64,000 bases of DNA from Candidatus Sumerlaeia bacterium (GTDB lineage Bacteria; Sumerlaeota; Sumerlaeia; SLMS01; JANRJK01), in the NCBI GenBank assembly GCA_033764015.1, contig JANRJK010000036.1:64001-128000 (forward strand), in the 5' to 3' direction. The position numbers were made by a program, and so were the translations under genes. Shown here one piece after another: positions 18,052 to 27,998 of this stretch. The stretch's first letter is position 1; each line of letters begins with the position of its first letter. The notes below the pieces were generated by a model. It had not been told where the DNA came from and made no database searches. It saw nothing but the letters and a program-made list of their open reading frames with translations.

Positions 18052-19452
18052 CTATGGTGCCGCGGGGGGCGGGGCGGCGGCTCCGCCTTCGCATGGCCCG
18101 AGCGCATCCCATGCGCTCCGCGCCGTGTGCAACGCATAGAACGAGCCGGTGACGAGGATCGAGGCGCCGCCCACGCGGACCGCCTCGCGGAGCGCCTCCC
18201 CGGGATCGGGAGCCACCACCGGATCGAAGCCGGCGGCGCGGGCCGAATCGGCCAAGGAATCGGGCGCCGCCCCGCGCCCGCCGGGCACGCGGACGCAAAC
18301 GACGCGGTGGAACAGCTCGGTCCCCGCGGCGCGGGCGAGTTCGCCGAAGAACGCCGCGTGGTTCTTGTCGCCCTGCATGCCGACCAGCAGCGCGTAGGGC
18401 GGACGGGCCGGCGGATCCTCGAGCGGCAGCCACGCGGCGAGCGCCTCGCCGAGGCGCCGCGCGGAAAGCGGGCAGTGCGCCCCGTCCAGCACCAGCGCGG
18501 GCTTCTGCTCGTGGCGCCGCACTTCGAGGCGGCCGGGCATGTGCGCGCGGCGGGCGCCCTCCAGCAGCGCCTCCGGGTCGGGCCGCCGGTGCATGCCCTC
18601 CTCGAACAGCCAGCAGGCGGTGAGCGCCGTCTCGAAGTTCGCCGCTTGGTGGGCGCCATGGAAGGGCAGAGTCGTGCGTCCCGTGCGGCCGTCGGGGAAG
18701 CGCACGGCGCAGCGCAAGCCCCCCGGCGCGGGAAGCGCCTCTGTGACCGGCGTGAACTCGTGCGCGCGGAAGAACGGGGCACCGACCGCGTGGGCGCGCT
18801 CCTCCAGCACGCGGGCGGCCTCGGGGAAGACCTGGCGCGAGGCCACAGCCGGGTGGTCGGGCTTGATGATCCCCGCCTTCTCGCCCGCGATGGCTTCGAT
18901 CGTCGCGCCGAGGATCGCCTCGTGGTCGTAGGCGATGGTGGCGATCGCCGCCACACGGGGCGCGACGATGTTCGTGCAGTCGAGCCGCCCGCCGAGCCCC
19001 GTCTCCCAGACGACCGCGGTGCGGCGGCGGTCGCGGAACTCGACAAGCGCGAGCGCTGTGAGGATTTCGAAGACTGTCCGGAAGTCCGGCGACTCGGCGA
19101 GGTTGCGGCGGTGCTCCGCGGGGAGCGACGCCTCGAACGCGGCGAGCTTCTCGTCGAATTCCGCCGGGGCGAGCGGCGCGCCGTCGAGGCGGATGCGCTC
19201 ACCGAAGTGCTCGACATGGGGACTGCAGTACAGCCCGGTGCGGTGGCCGCTGGCGGCGAGCATCGCTTCGCAGAGCGCGGCCGTGGAGCCCTTCCCCTTC
19301 GTCCCCGCGATGTGGAGGAAGTTGAGCTGGCGGTCCGGCGCGCCGAGATCGTCGACCCAAGCGCGGAAGGCCCGGAGGTTGTACCCTTCGTCTGTGTAGG
19401 CGCGCGCGTGGGGCTTGCGTTCGAGGTTCGTGAGTCGGTCTAGGAGGTTCAT
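18052..19452 (-). CDS. folC: Folylpolyglutamate synthase / dihydrofolate synthase
   Basis: [45 protein letters not shown]. Confidence 0.93.
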   Translation of the reverse strand: MNLLDRLTNLERKPHARAYTDEGYNLRAFRAWVDDLGAPDRQLNFLHIAGTKGKGSTAALCEAMLAASGHRTGLYCSPHVEHFGERIRLDGAPLAPAEFDEKLAAFEASLPAEHRRNLAESPDFRTVFEILTALALVEFRDRRRTAVVWETGLGGRLDCTNIVAPRVAAIATIAYDHEAILGATIEAIAGEKAGIIKPDHPAVASRQVFPEAARVLEERAHAVGAPFFRAHEFTPVTEALPAPGGLRCAVRFPDGRTGRTTLPFHGAHQAANFETALTACWLFEEGMHRRPDPEALLEGARRAHMPGRLEVRRHEQKPALVLDGAHCPLSARRLGEALAAWLPLEDPPARPPYALLVGMQGDKNHAAFFGELARAAGTELFHRVVCVRVPGGRGAAPDSLADSARAAGFDPVVAPDPGEALREAVRVGGASILVTGSFYALHTARSAWDALGPCEGGAAAPPPAAP

Positions 19453-19548
19453 CCGGGGGCGCGCGGTTGGGATCGAGCCGTGAGCCTCGGCGCGGCGGGG
19501 CCGCGGCTCAAGGCCAGCGGGCCCGAAATCCGCAAGAGTCCTGCCGGG

Positions 19549-20385
19549 TTACATGAGACTCCAGGATTCCACCGGCGCGAGAGTCTGAGTCACCTGCGAC
19601 CAGGTGGCCCCCAGCCGGATTTCGTCGATGCGGACGGTCGGCTGGTTGGGACCGCTCCCCTGCCGGAGGATCACGCGGAACACGCCCGCGTCGATATCGG
19701 AGCCCGCCGTCGGATTCGTGGAAAGGGCGTCGGGAGCGCCCGGCTCCAACGCGGGCACGGCGGTCGCGCCGGTGAAGACGTACAGCGCCGTCGTGTCGTT
19801 GTCGGCGCCCGCCACCTGCGTCAGCTTGCCGACGACGAACGCGGGCGTGTTGGCGGCGAGGTTCTTCCCGGTGATGAACGAAGTCGATCCGCCGGTTGTG
19901 AACCGGATGCCGAGCCTGATGGCGCCGGAATCCGATCCGGCGAACACCCGCGACCGCAGGTTGAAGTCCCCGCCGGCCACCGCGAGGCTGAAGAAGTAGT
20001 CGCCCGCCGCGGATCCCAGATCCGAGCCATCGTGCGAGACGAGGAAGCTATAGTAGATCGAATTGCCGTCGCCGACCACTGTGTTCGCGAACTCGAGGCG
20101 GACGTCCTCGCCGTTGTCACGCACCGGGACGGAGTTGCCGCTGGAGGCGGGAACACCGCTGCCACCGTAGGCCAGGCTCCCCGCGGCCACTTGGAACGGA
20201 TTGGTCCCGCCGCCAGCATCCTGGATCGTCCACACCGAGCCCGGCGCGTAGGTCTCTCCCACGAGCGCGCCCGTTGCATAGTCGAAGTCCTCGATGATGG
20301 GGAGGGAGATCTGCCCCTGCACGGAAGCGGTGATGACGCATACCGCCCCGGCGGCGGCGAGAATGGCGGATCGAAGTTGGATCAT
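19549..20385 (-). CDS. Secreted beta-sandwich protein with C-terminal Trp motif
   Basis: Signal peptide; EDFDYATGAL..., IDEIRLGATWSQV; ends APVESWSLM. Confidence 0.75.
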   Translation of the reverse strand: MIQLRSAILAAAGAVCVITASVQGQISLPIIEDFDYATGALVGETYAPGSVWTIQDAGGGTNPFQVAAGSLAYGGSGVPASSGNSVPVRDNGEDVRLEFANTVVGDGNSIYYSFLVSHDGSDLGSAAGDYFFSLAVAGGDFNLRSRVFAGSDSGAIRLGIRFTTGGSTSFITGKNLAANTPAFVVGKLTQVAGADNDTTALYVFTGATAVPALEPGAPDALSTNPTAGSDIDAGVFRVILRQGSGPNQPTVRIDEIRLGATWSQVTQTLAPVESWSLM

Positions 20386-20681
20386 GTGGCATTCCCCTGG
20401 TTGTGGTGTCGTCCCCGCGCGCATTCTCGAAGGTCGGGGGCTGGAGCGGGGGGAATCGCGGCCGACTCCCGGTCGAACCCAGGAAGTTCCTGCCGCGATT
20501 CTCGTACAAGTCCGCGCTGTCTTGGGGTTACTTTTCGCGTTCCCCCGGCTTAGGGTGGCAAGCGGGAAGCGGCTAAAGCCGTTCCAAGCCCCTCAGATTG
20601 CCGTCGCGCCGCGCGGATTCCCGCAGGCAAGCTTCCCCACGGTGCGCCAAGCGCGCGCCGATCCCTCTCGCAAAGCCTCCT

Positions 20682-22574
20682 ATGCAGACCGCCTCGACGA
20701 TCCGCAACATCGCGATCATCGCCCACATCGACCACGGCAAGACGACACTGATCGATTCGATCTTCCGCGCCGCGCACACCTTCAGCGACCACGCAAGGGT
20801 CGACGAGCGCGTCATGGACAACAACGCGCTCGAGAAGGAGCGGGGGATCACGATCCGCGCGAAGCACTGCGCCGTCGCATGGAGCGGGTACCGCATCAAC
20901 ATCGTCGACACGCCGGGCCACGCGGACTTCTCGGGCGAGGTGGAGCGCGTGCTCTCCACGGTCGACTCCGTGCTCCTGCTGGTGGACGCGAACGAGGGCC
21001 CGATGCCCCAGACGCGCTACGTCACGATGCGCGCCCTCCGCCTCGGCATGCGGCCCATCGTGGTCGTCAACAAGGTGGACCGCCCCTCCGCGACGCCGAA
21101 GCGCGCGCTCGACAAGACCTTCGACCTGTTCCTGGAACTCGGCGCGACGGACGAACAGGCCGACTTCCCCGTCATCTACGGCTCCGGGCTGAACGGCTGG
21201 TTCGTGAAGGACCTCGAGGCGGATCCGCGGCGCGACACCATGGACCCCCTGTTCGAGGCGATCATCGAACATGTGCACGCTCCCGAGATCGACGAGCGCC
21301 TCCCGTTCCGCATGCAGATCACCGCGCTCGGCTGGGACGAGTACATCGGCCGCCTCGGCTGCGGGCGCGTGCTCTCCGGCACCTACCGCGTCGGCCAGCC
21401 GATACTCCGCACCGTCACCGGGTGGAAGGACGGCTTGGCGTCGACCGGGGAGTGGTCGGTCCTCGCGTCCAAGTCGGAGCGCTGTTCGCACCTGTGGAAG
21501 ACGCAAGGCATCGAGATGGTCGAAACCGAGGAGGCGGCGGCGGGCGACATCGTCTGGATGGCGATGGGCGACGGCCTTTCGCTCGGCGATACGATCTCGG
21601 CCCCGGACTTCCCGGAGCCGGCGCTCGAGCCGCTCGAGATCGAGGCCCCCACGGTCTCGATGAACTTCATGATCAACTCGGGCCCCTTCGCGGGCCGCGA
21701 CGGGAAGCCCTTCACGCTGCGCCAGCTCAAGGAGCGGCTCGACCGCGAGCTGCGCACCAACATCGCGCTGCGCGTGGAGGAGATCCCCAACTCCGTCGAG
21801 GGCATCAAGGTCTCGGGGCGGGGCGAGCTGCACCTCGGCATCCTCATCGAGGAGATGCGCCGCGAAGGGATCGAGCTCTGCGTCTCGCGGCCGGAGGTCA
21901 TCACGCGCACCCGCGAGGACGGCTCCGTCGAGGAGCCGATGGAAGAGGTGGTGATCGACGTCCCCGACGAGCACCAGGGGATCGTCATCGAGAAGCTGGC
22001 GCGCCGTAAGGGCGAGCTTTCCGGTATGCACAACGAAGGCAACGGCACCGTTCGCCTCGAATTCAGCATCCCGACGCGCGGCCTCATCGGCTACCGCGGC
22101 GAGTTCCTGACCGACACGCGCGGCCTTGGCATCATGACGAGCCGCTACATCGGCTACGGCCCCTATGTGGGACCGATCCCCGCGCGCAACCGCGGCGCGA
22201 TGGTCTCGCGCGAGGACGGCGACGCCACCAGCTACGCGCTGGAGAACCTGCAGGAGCGCGGCACGCTCTTCGTCGCCCCCGGCGAGCCGCTCTACGAAGG
22301 CATGATCATCGGCGAGCACTCGCGGCCCGACGAACTGCCCTGCAACCCGGCCAAGAGGAAGGGCCTCACCAACCACCGCTCCTCGACCAAGGACGTGGAC
22401 GGCGGCCTCGATGTCCCGCGCAAGATGTCGCTGGACCAGGCGCTCGAGTGGATCGCCGCGGACGAGCTGGTCGAGGTGACGCCCACGTCGATCCGGCTCC
22501 GCAAGACGATCCGTAACCTCGAGCTGCGCCAGGTCCACGCCAAGAAGGTGGCGGCGATGGCGGGGTCGCGGTAG
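20682..22574 (+). CDS. typA: Translational GTPase TypA/BipA
   Basis: RNIAIIAHIDHGKTT, EKERGITI, DTPGHADF.GEVER, NKVDR, SGRGELHL, DELVEVTP. Confidence 0.97.
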   Translation: MQTASTIRNIAIIAHIDHGKTTLIDSIFRAAHTFSDHARVDERVMDNNALEKERGITIRAKHCAVAWSGYRINIVDTPGHADFSGEVERVLSTVDSVLLLVDANEGPMPQTRYVTMRALRLGMRPIVVVNKVDRPSATPKRALDKTFDLFLELGATDEQADFPVIYGSGLNGWFVKDLEADPRRDTMDPLFEAIIEHVHAPEIDERLPFRMQITALGWDEYIGRLGCGRVLSGTYRVGQPILRTVTGWKDGLASTGEWSVLASKSERCSHLWKTQGIEMVETEEAAAGDIVWMAMGDGLSLGDTISAPDFPEPALEPLEIEAPTVSMNFMINSGPFAGRDGKPFTLRQLKERLDRELRTNIALRVEEIPNSVEGIKVSGRGELHLGILIEEMRREGIELCVSRPEVITRTREDGSVEEPMEEVVIDVPDEHQGIVIEKLARRKGELSGMHNEGNGTVRLEFSIPTRGLIGYRGEFLTDTRGLGIMTSRYIGYGPYVGPIPARNRGAMVSREDGDATSYALENLQERGTLFVAPGEPLYEGMIIGEHSRPDELPCNPAKRKGLTNHRSSTKDVDGGLDVPRKMSLDQALEWIAADELVEVTPTSIRLRKTIRNLELRQVHAKKVAAMAGSR

Positions 22575-22667
22575 GCGGCGCGATTCGGGATCGGCTTTTG
22601 TCTTGACCACCGGGGGCTCCACGACTCCTATTTCCGCTTCGCTTGCGCCGAGAGGCGCGCGCGATTA

Positions 22668-22745
22668 GTGCCCGTAGCTCAGCCTGGATAGAGCGCTTGC
22701 CTCCGGAGCAAGAGGTCACAGGTTCGAATCCTGTCGGGCACGCCA
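22668..22745 (+). tRNA. tRNA-Arg (CCG)
   Basis: Cloverleaf: GTGCCCG/CGGGCAC acceptor, CTTGC-CT-CCG-GA-GCAAG anticodon arm, GGTTCGAATCC, encoded CCA. Confidence 0.97.
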
Positions 22746-22763
22746 AGGCACCTCCCAACCGGT

Positions 22764-22838
22764 GCGCGATTAGCTCAATGGTAGAGCAGGAGACTCTTAA
22801 TCTCTTGGTTCGGGGTTCGAGTCCCTGATCGCGCACCA
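22764..22838 (+). tRNA. tRNA-Lys (CTT)
   Basis: GCGCGAT/ATCGCGC acceptor, GGAGA-CT-CTT-AA-TCTCT anticodon arm, GGTTCGAGTCC, encoded CCA. Confidence 0.95.
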
Positions 22839-22880
22839 CTTCACAAAAATACTAGCGCGGCCCTCCATCGGGCCGACCAC

Positions 22881-22915
22881 GCGCCCGGAGCCCGACGGCT
22901 CCGGGCGTTCTTGTT
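22881..22915 (+). terminator. Intrinsic terminator after tRNA pair (hairpin family copy 1)
   Basis: GCGCCCGGAGCC-CGAC-GGCTCCGGGCGT followed by TCTTGTTT. Confidence 0.75.
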
Positions 22916-23015
22916 TCCGTTGCCACCCTGATCGGGAGGGACGGCATCTTGGACTCCCGAGCCGCTGTCCGAATGCGGCGAGCGGGTGCGGAAACCCAAA
23001 CACTGGAGCATCTCG

Positions 23016-24020
23016 ATGAAGAATCACTTGGCGGTGATCGGTTTGGTGGCCATCGCGGCTACGGCGTCCGCCGGCTCGGATTCGCTGGACTGGGGCATTA
23101 GCGGCTTCACATCGGGAGTCGACCTGATCGGTGCGGGCGACCTGGTGGCCTTCGATGCGCAGCGCGGGGTCGCGCTGAAGGTGGTGCCGAACGGACCGAT
23201 CAATTCGATCCCCGGCGGCGCGGTCTCCGGTTCCGTCGACATCCTCGTGGTCAGCAACGGGGTGACGATGATGATGGTTGAGAACATCCCGGTGACGGGG
23301 CGGAAAACCTTGAGCGTGACGTCCACCGATACGACTTTCGCCAGCGCCTCGCCGAGCGGCGGCCTCGGCTTCGTCGGGACTTACAACGAACGCCAGTCGA
23401 TCAGCCTTTCGGGGCGTCTCGGCGACGCGGCCTTCAGCTTCGTCGGCGGCTTCAACACGCTCGAAACGTCGGGGCGGCTGGAAAGCGAATCCTTCAGTTC
23501 GCAGAACAGCCCCTACTCGGTGAGCGGCCAACTGCAGGTGAAGCTCGGGGAGTACTTCGGAACCAGTCGCCCGACTCTGGATGGCAAGTCTCTCAGCTTC
23601 GCCATCTTTGAAACGACCCCGACCAGCTTTCAGGATGTCAGTGGGCGCCTGCGCAACTGGCGCGGCGACGCGGTGGTGGTCGAAACAGACCCGTCGAATC
23701 CCCCGGGTCCCTCGCTGGTCACCCCGGGCGGCACCACGAACGTCACCACGGTTTGGTACCAGTCGGGCGCGTCCAGTCCAGGTTACGTGCTGACGAGCGG
23801 CTCGAACCCGACGCGCGGCTACTCCGGCACCTTCGGCGGCTACATCGGTGTCACCGAGGCGCAGGCCCAGGCCGCCATTACCGGAGGGACTTTCGAGGGC
23901 CTTCCGACGCTCGACCCCGAAGAGGTCTACAGCACCTTCAACGCACGCGGCTCCTACATGGAGTCGTACCGCTCCAATTACACGCCCTCGGCAATCATGC
24001 GCATTGTGGACGGCTACTAA
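23016..24020 (+). CDS. Secreted hypothetical protein, paralog A
   Basis: SD GGAG; signal peptide MKNHLAVIGLVAIAATASA; full-length similarity to next gene. Confidence 0.85.
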   Translation: MKNHLAVIGLVAIAATASAGSDSLDWGISGFTSGVDLIGAGDLVAFDAQRGVALKVVPNGPINSIPGGAVSGSVDILVVSNGVTMMMVENIPVTGRKTLSVTSTDTTFASASPSGGLGFVGTYNERQSISLSGRLGDAAFSFVGGFNTLETSGRLESESFSSQNSPYSVSGQLQVKLGEYFGTSRPTLDGKSLSFAIFETTPTSFQDVSGRLRNWRGDAVVVETDPSNPPGPSLVTPGGTTNVTTVWYQSGASSPGYVLTSGSNPTRGYSGTFGGYIGVTEAQAQAAITGGTFEGLPTLDPEEVYSTFNARGSYMESYRSNYTPSAIMRIVDGY

Positions 24021-24051
24021 GCCGGCACGCCACGCACAACAGGTATCCGAT

Positions 24052-24095
24052 CCGCCCCGGAGCCAAGCGCTCCGGGGCGGTTTCCGTTGCGGCGG
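24052..24095 (+). terminator. Terminator-like hairpin (copy 2)
   Basis: CCGCCCCGGAGC-5 nt-GCTCCGGGGCGG-TTTCCGTTGCGGCGG. Confidence 0.65.
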
Positions 24096-24228
24096 AAAGC
24101 ACCGGCCCGGTGGGCAAGATTGCAAAGGCAGCGGTTGCGCTTCCGTCCGCCTCCCCGAAGACTTTTGCCATCCCGTTCGCTCGGATTGTGTCTGCTTGCG
24201 AACAACCACTGAGGAAGGGACCTCTTCG

Positions 24229-25239
24229 ATGAAGAAGCTCTTGTTGATGGCCAGCCTGCTTGCGGCCGCCGCATCCGCGCCCGCCGTTGCCCCCGAGGTG
24301 CTGGACTGGGGGATCGCCGGGCAGACGATGCAATTGGGCATCGTCGGTGCGGATGACTTCGTGGCGTTCGACACGCAGCGCGGGGTGGTGCTGAAAGTTG
24401 TCCCCCGGGGCCAGATCAACTCGCTCCCCGGCGGGGGGGTCGCCGGAGCGGTGGACATCGTCGCCGTCAACGGCCAAGGCGCCGAGTTGGCAAGGATGGA
24501 CAACATCCCGGTGGGTGGGCGCGTCACGACGAGCCTGAACTATGCGTTCACGGCCTTCCCGGTGGCGGCGCCGAGCATGGAGCTCGGGCTCGCGGGCGTC
24601 TATAACACGCGCCAATCGATCACCCTTTCGGGGCGCATGGGCGATGCGGCGTTCAGCTTCGTGGGTGGCTACAACGGCACCACCTACGGCGGAACGCTCG
24701 AGAACGAGAGCATCTTCGCGGACACCGCGCCGCCGGGGCCCTCGGGCACGGTGCAGATCAAGTTGGGCCAGTACTTCGGCAGCGGCGTTGCCGCTCTGAG
24801 CCTCCGGCGCGACGAGGTCGCTTTCTTCGAGACCACGACCGCGACCTTCCAGGACCTCGATGGCCGGCTGCGCAACTGGCGGGGCGACGCGGTGGTCGTG
24901 GAGACCAACCCCTCGGGTACGTCCGGTGCTCCGCTGGTCACACCCGGGGGTACCACCAACGTGACGACGGTCTGGTACCGAACGGGATCGCCGACCCCGG
25001 GCTATGTGGTGTCGAGCGGATCGAACGCCTCGCGTGGCTACTCCGGAACCTACGGTGGCTATATCGGCGTCACGGAGGCGGGGGTCGCCTCCGCGATCGG
25101 CACAGATATCTTTAACGGCGTGCCATCGCTGGAGGCGGCGCTGGTGTATCAGACGTTCAACGCGCGTGGCTCCTACACCTCGTCGGCGCGGAGTACGTAC
25201 TCGCCGGCCGCGATCCAGCGCCTGGTCGAGCGGTACTGA
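24229..25239 (+). CDS. Secreted hypothetical protein, paralog B
   Basis: SD GAGG/AGGGA; signal peptide; shares LDWGI, VAFD.QRGV, GRLRNWRGDAVVVET, LVTPGGTTNVTTVWY, TFNARGSY with paralog A. Confidence 0.85.
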   Translation: MKKLLLMASLLAAAASAPAVAPEVLDWGIAGQTMQLGIVGADDFVAFDTQRGVVLKVVPRGQINSLPGGGVAGAVDIVAVNGQGAELARMDNIPVGGRVTTSLNYAFTAFPVAAPSMELGLAGVYNTRQSITLSGRMGDAAFSFVGGYNGTTYGGTLENESIFADTAPPGPSGTVQIKLGQYFGSGVAALSLRRDEVAFFETTTATFQDLDGRLRNWRGDAVVVETNPSGTSGAPLVTPGGTTNVTTVWYRTGSPTPGYVVSSGSNASRGYSGTYGGYIGVTEAGVASAIGTDIFNGVPSLEAALVYQTFNARGSYTSSARSTYSPAAIQRLVERY

Positions 25240-25263
25240 GCAGGGCGTTGCCAATGGCTTCCA

Positions 25264-25307
25264 CCGCCCCGGAGCCGCGCGCTCCGGGGCGGTTTCCATT
25301 GCGGCGG
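25264..25307 (+). terminator. Terminator-like hairpin (copy 3)
   Basis: CCGCCCCGGAGC-5 nt-GCTCCGGGGCGG-TTTCCATTGCGGCGG, near-identical to copy 2. Confidence 0.65.
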
Positions 25308-25369
25308 GTGTTGCGGGCGCGAGGGCGCGCTGCTCCACTCGGCGCGGTGGTCCCACCCCGGAGCTTCCG

Positions 25370-26530
25370 ATGCGCAAGTGCCCCGCGTGCGGGTTCAACA
25401 ACGGCGAAGGGCGCGAGCGCTGCCTGAAGTGCTCGTCGCTGCTCGAGCACCGCGCGCCGCCGGACATCTCCGCGGCCGCCGCGAGCGGGCGCGAGGACAC
25501 CACGGCGGTCTGGTACGGCGAACTGCGCCGCCGCGTGGCGCGGGCGCTCGACTGGGTGGGCGACTCGGAGATCCCCGAGCGCGGCTGGTACCGCTACCCC
25601 GCCGGCGCCGCGCTGATGTGCCCGATCCCCGGCGCGCCGCAGTTCTACACCTCGCAGGTGAAGAAGGGCCTCCTCTACGGCGCCGTGGTGCTCGCGCTGG
25701 AGGTGTGGGTGGTGCTGACGTTCTTCGAGCCGCATTCGAACCGCGTGATCCTGGCGGCGATGCTGGCGATGCTGTTCAGCGCGGCGGACGGCTACCAGGC
25801 GTCGCTCCGGATCAACGGGCGGCCGACGGTGGGGCGCTACCTGTTCGGCTACTGGTTCGGATTCATCTTCATCGTCGGCATGGTGATGGCGCTGACGCAG
25901 TGGTGGGCGTACGTCCTCGGCCTGCAGCTCGTGGCCGTCACGAGCGACGACCTGCGGCCGGCGTTCCGCAAGGGCGACCGGGTTCTGGTCACGCGCTGGC
26001 CGGTGCTGTTCGGTTCCTCGCCGGAGCGCGGCGACGTGGTGTACTACACCGCGCCGAGCTGGTCCTTCGAGATGCCCTCGGGCGACGGGAACAGCTCCGT
26101 CCGGCTCACGGCGTTCCGAAGCTTCGGCGTGGTCTCGGGGCTGGAGGGCGACCGGGTGCACTGGCAGCCCGTCCGCGGGGAGCGGTGGGAGCCCGGCGAC
26201 CCGGTGGCGCTGATGCTGAACGGCGAGCCGGCGACGGACGCGCTGCTGCCGCTCCTTCCCGCGGGGATGGCGCCGGCGTTCGACGCCACGGTGCCGGCGG
26301 GCGCGGTGGCGGTGCCGCTGTCGACACCGCTGAGCGAGTTCTCGCTCGGCCCGAGCTGGGGCGGGGAAGCGCCGACGCCGGCGATGGTGTTCCACCGGCG
26401 CTACCTGGTGAAGGACTTCCAACAGGCGAACCTGCCGCCGCTGGACAACCTGCAGGGTGTGGTGCTGCTGCGCTACAACCCTCCGGAGCGCCGCGCCTGG
26501 TTCGGTCGCGGGCGCGGCGTCCCGAGGTAG
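25370..26530 (+). CDS. Zinc-ribbon + multi-TM + degenerate signal peptidase I (S26)-like protein
   Basis: CPACG..CLKC; TM helices; P...GDRVLV, PERGDVV, GLEGDRV boxes. Confidence 0.7.
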   Translation: MRKCPACGFNNGEGRERCLKCSSLLEHRAPPDISAAAASGREDTTAVWYGELRRRVARALDWVGDSEIPERGWYRYPAGAALMCPIPGAPQFYTSQVKKGLLYGAVVLALEVWVVLTFFEPHSNRVILAAMLAMLFSAADGYQASLRINGRPTVGRYLFGYWFGFIFIVGMVMALTQWWAYVLGLQLVAVTSDDLRPAFRKGDRVLVTRWPVLFGSSPERGDVVYYTAPSWSFEMPSGDGNSSVRLTAFRSFGVVSGLEGDRVHWQPVRGERWEPGDPVALMLNGEPATDALLPLLPAGMAPAFDATVPAGAVAVPLSTPLSEFSLGPSWGGEAPTPAMVFHRRYLVKDFQQANLPPLDNLQGVVLLRYNPPERRAWFGRGRGVPR

Positions 26531-26536
26531 TTCCGG

Positions 26537-27793
26537 TCAGCGCATGGCGATCTGCTGCGGCGGCGGGATCGTCGGCGGGGGGATGATCGCGTGGCGCGTC
26601 GGATCCTGCTCGCCGACGATGGTGATCGGGGTGCCGACGTTGATGAGGTCGAACAACTCCTCGACGTCCGACTTCCTCATGCCGATGCAGCCGTTGCTGG
26701 CGTAGGCGCCGACGGTTTCCTCCCGGATGGTGCCGTGGATGCCGAGGATGTCGCCTTCGAAGGCCATCCAGCGGGTACCGAGCTCGTTGTTCGGGTCGCC
26801 GGGCTGGTACACATGGCCGTTGCCGGGGCGCCACGTGGGGTTCTGCTTCTTGTTGAGGACCTTGAAGGTGCCCTGCGGCGTCGCGCCGGCGTCGCGGCCG
26901 GTGCGGACGTCGTAGAAGAGGAAGAGTTCGCCCTTGTTCATGAGCTTGAGCGCGTTCGCCCCGACGTCGCAGACGAGGGAGAAGTCGAACGTGGGCACGC
27001 GGAGCGCCTGGCCGATGCGGAGGCGGCGCGGGTCGGTGACGCCGTTGACCTCCATCAACGCCTCGGGGGTGATCCCGTACTTCTTCGCGATGTTGTAGAT
27101 CGCCTCGCCCTTGGCGATCTTGTGCTCGGTGAAGCCGCCCTCGACGGTGCCCTCGCGGAGCGCGCGGCGGTTGGCTTCGCTGATGGCGGCGGCTAGTTCG
27201 CGCACCTTGGGATCGTCCGGCGCCTGCGCCCAGAGCTGGTTGAAGCGGGCGCGGGCCGAAGCGAGGTTGCCGCCCTGCGCGTCGGCGATGCCGAGGGCGG
27301 CCTCGATGGAGGCGGACTCCTTGGCGCCGGGATTCGACGCGAGGATCGCCTGCGCGCGGCCCAGCGTCTCGGGCGACGGGGCGCCGGCGGCGAGATCCGC
27401 CTTGAGCGCGACCAGCTCCACGTCGGCGAGCCGCTCGGAGCGGGGGTGTTCGCGCTGGAAGGCTTCGGCGAGTTCGCCCGCGCGGGTGCTGTTGCCGGCG
27501 GCGCGGTGCGCGCGGATCGCCAGCCAGTCGCCTTCCTCGCCGAGCTCGTAGCCCTGCGCTTCGAGACCCGCCAGCACATCGAGCGCGGGCGCGGCTTCGT
27601 TTCGATCGAGGAGCGAGCGCACCAGCGCGACCTGCGCGGCGGTTTCCTTCGCGGCGCGCTGCGACGACAGGTAGCGCGCGCCGCCGTAGAGCCCCGCGGC
27701 GGCGATCACGGTGATTGCGACAACAGCGGCGATGGCGCGCACGGGCGCCTGGCGCTTCGAGGCGGGGCGGGGGAAGGCGGTGAAATCGGACAT
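26537..27793 (-). CDS. TPR-LysM-L,D-transpeptidase (YkuD family)
   Basis: TM anchor; helical repeats; LysM GEAIYNIAKKYG..LRIGQ; TPQG, LGTRWM, GIHGT..SNGCIGM. Confidence 0.92.
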   Translation of the reverse strand: MSDFTAFPRPASKRQAPVRAIAAVVAITVIAAAGLYGGARYLSSQRAAKETAAQVALVRSLLDRNEAAPALDVLAGLEAQGYELGEEGDWLAIRAHRAAGNSTRAGELAEAFQREHPRSERLADVELVALKADLAAGAPSPETLGRAQAILASNPGAKESASIEAALGIADAQGGNLASARARFNQLWAQAPDDPKVRELAAAISEANRRALREGTVEGGFTEHKIAKGEAIYNIAKKYGITPEALMEVNGVTDPRRLRIGQALRVPTFDFSLVCDVGANALKLMNKGELFLFYDVRTGRDAGATPQGTFKVLNKKQNPTWRPGNGHVYQPGDPNNELGTRWMAFEGDILGIHGTIREETVGAYASNGCIGMRKSDVEELFDLINVGTPITIVGEQDPTRHAIIPPPTIPPPQQIAMR

Positions 27794-27998
27794 CGGGAAC
27801 GAACCTCCAACGGGTCGAGTCGGACCCAACCGGCTCGGGCCCCGGCTCGAACACCGTCAAATCGAATCGGAACCGGACGGTCGAATCGGCGGTCCGTCGC
27901 CGCTCCGACAGACCGCTTGACGGTGCGGGGCGGTGGGATGTTTTCTCGAACTTTGCCGCGTTCTCGAAAGCTCGCAGCCCCCCGGAAAGGAGACGCCG

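Noticed and set aside
22659..22668. GCGCGATTAG directly before tRNA-Arg, identical to the first 10 nt of tRNA-Lys
   Set aside because: Too short to distinguish from chance
22881..25307. Hairpin repeats as a CRISPR array or integron attC sites
   Set aside because: Spacing is over 1 kb with whole genes between copies; no cas or intI gene; no attC core sites recognised
22764..26530. Possible tRNA-integrated genomic island
   Set aside because: No integrase, and no duplicated tRNA 3' end (attR) was noticed in the window
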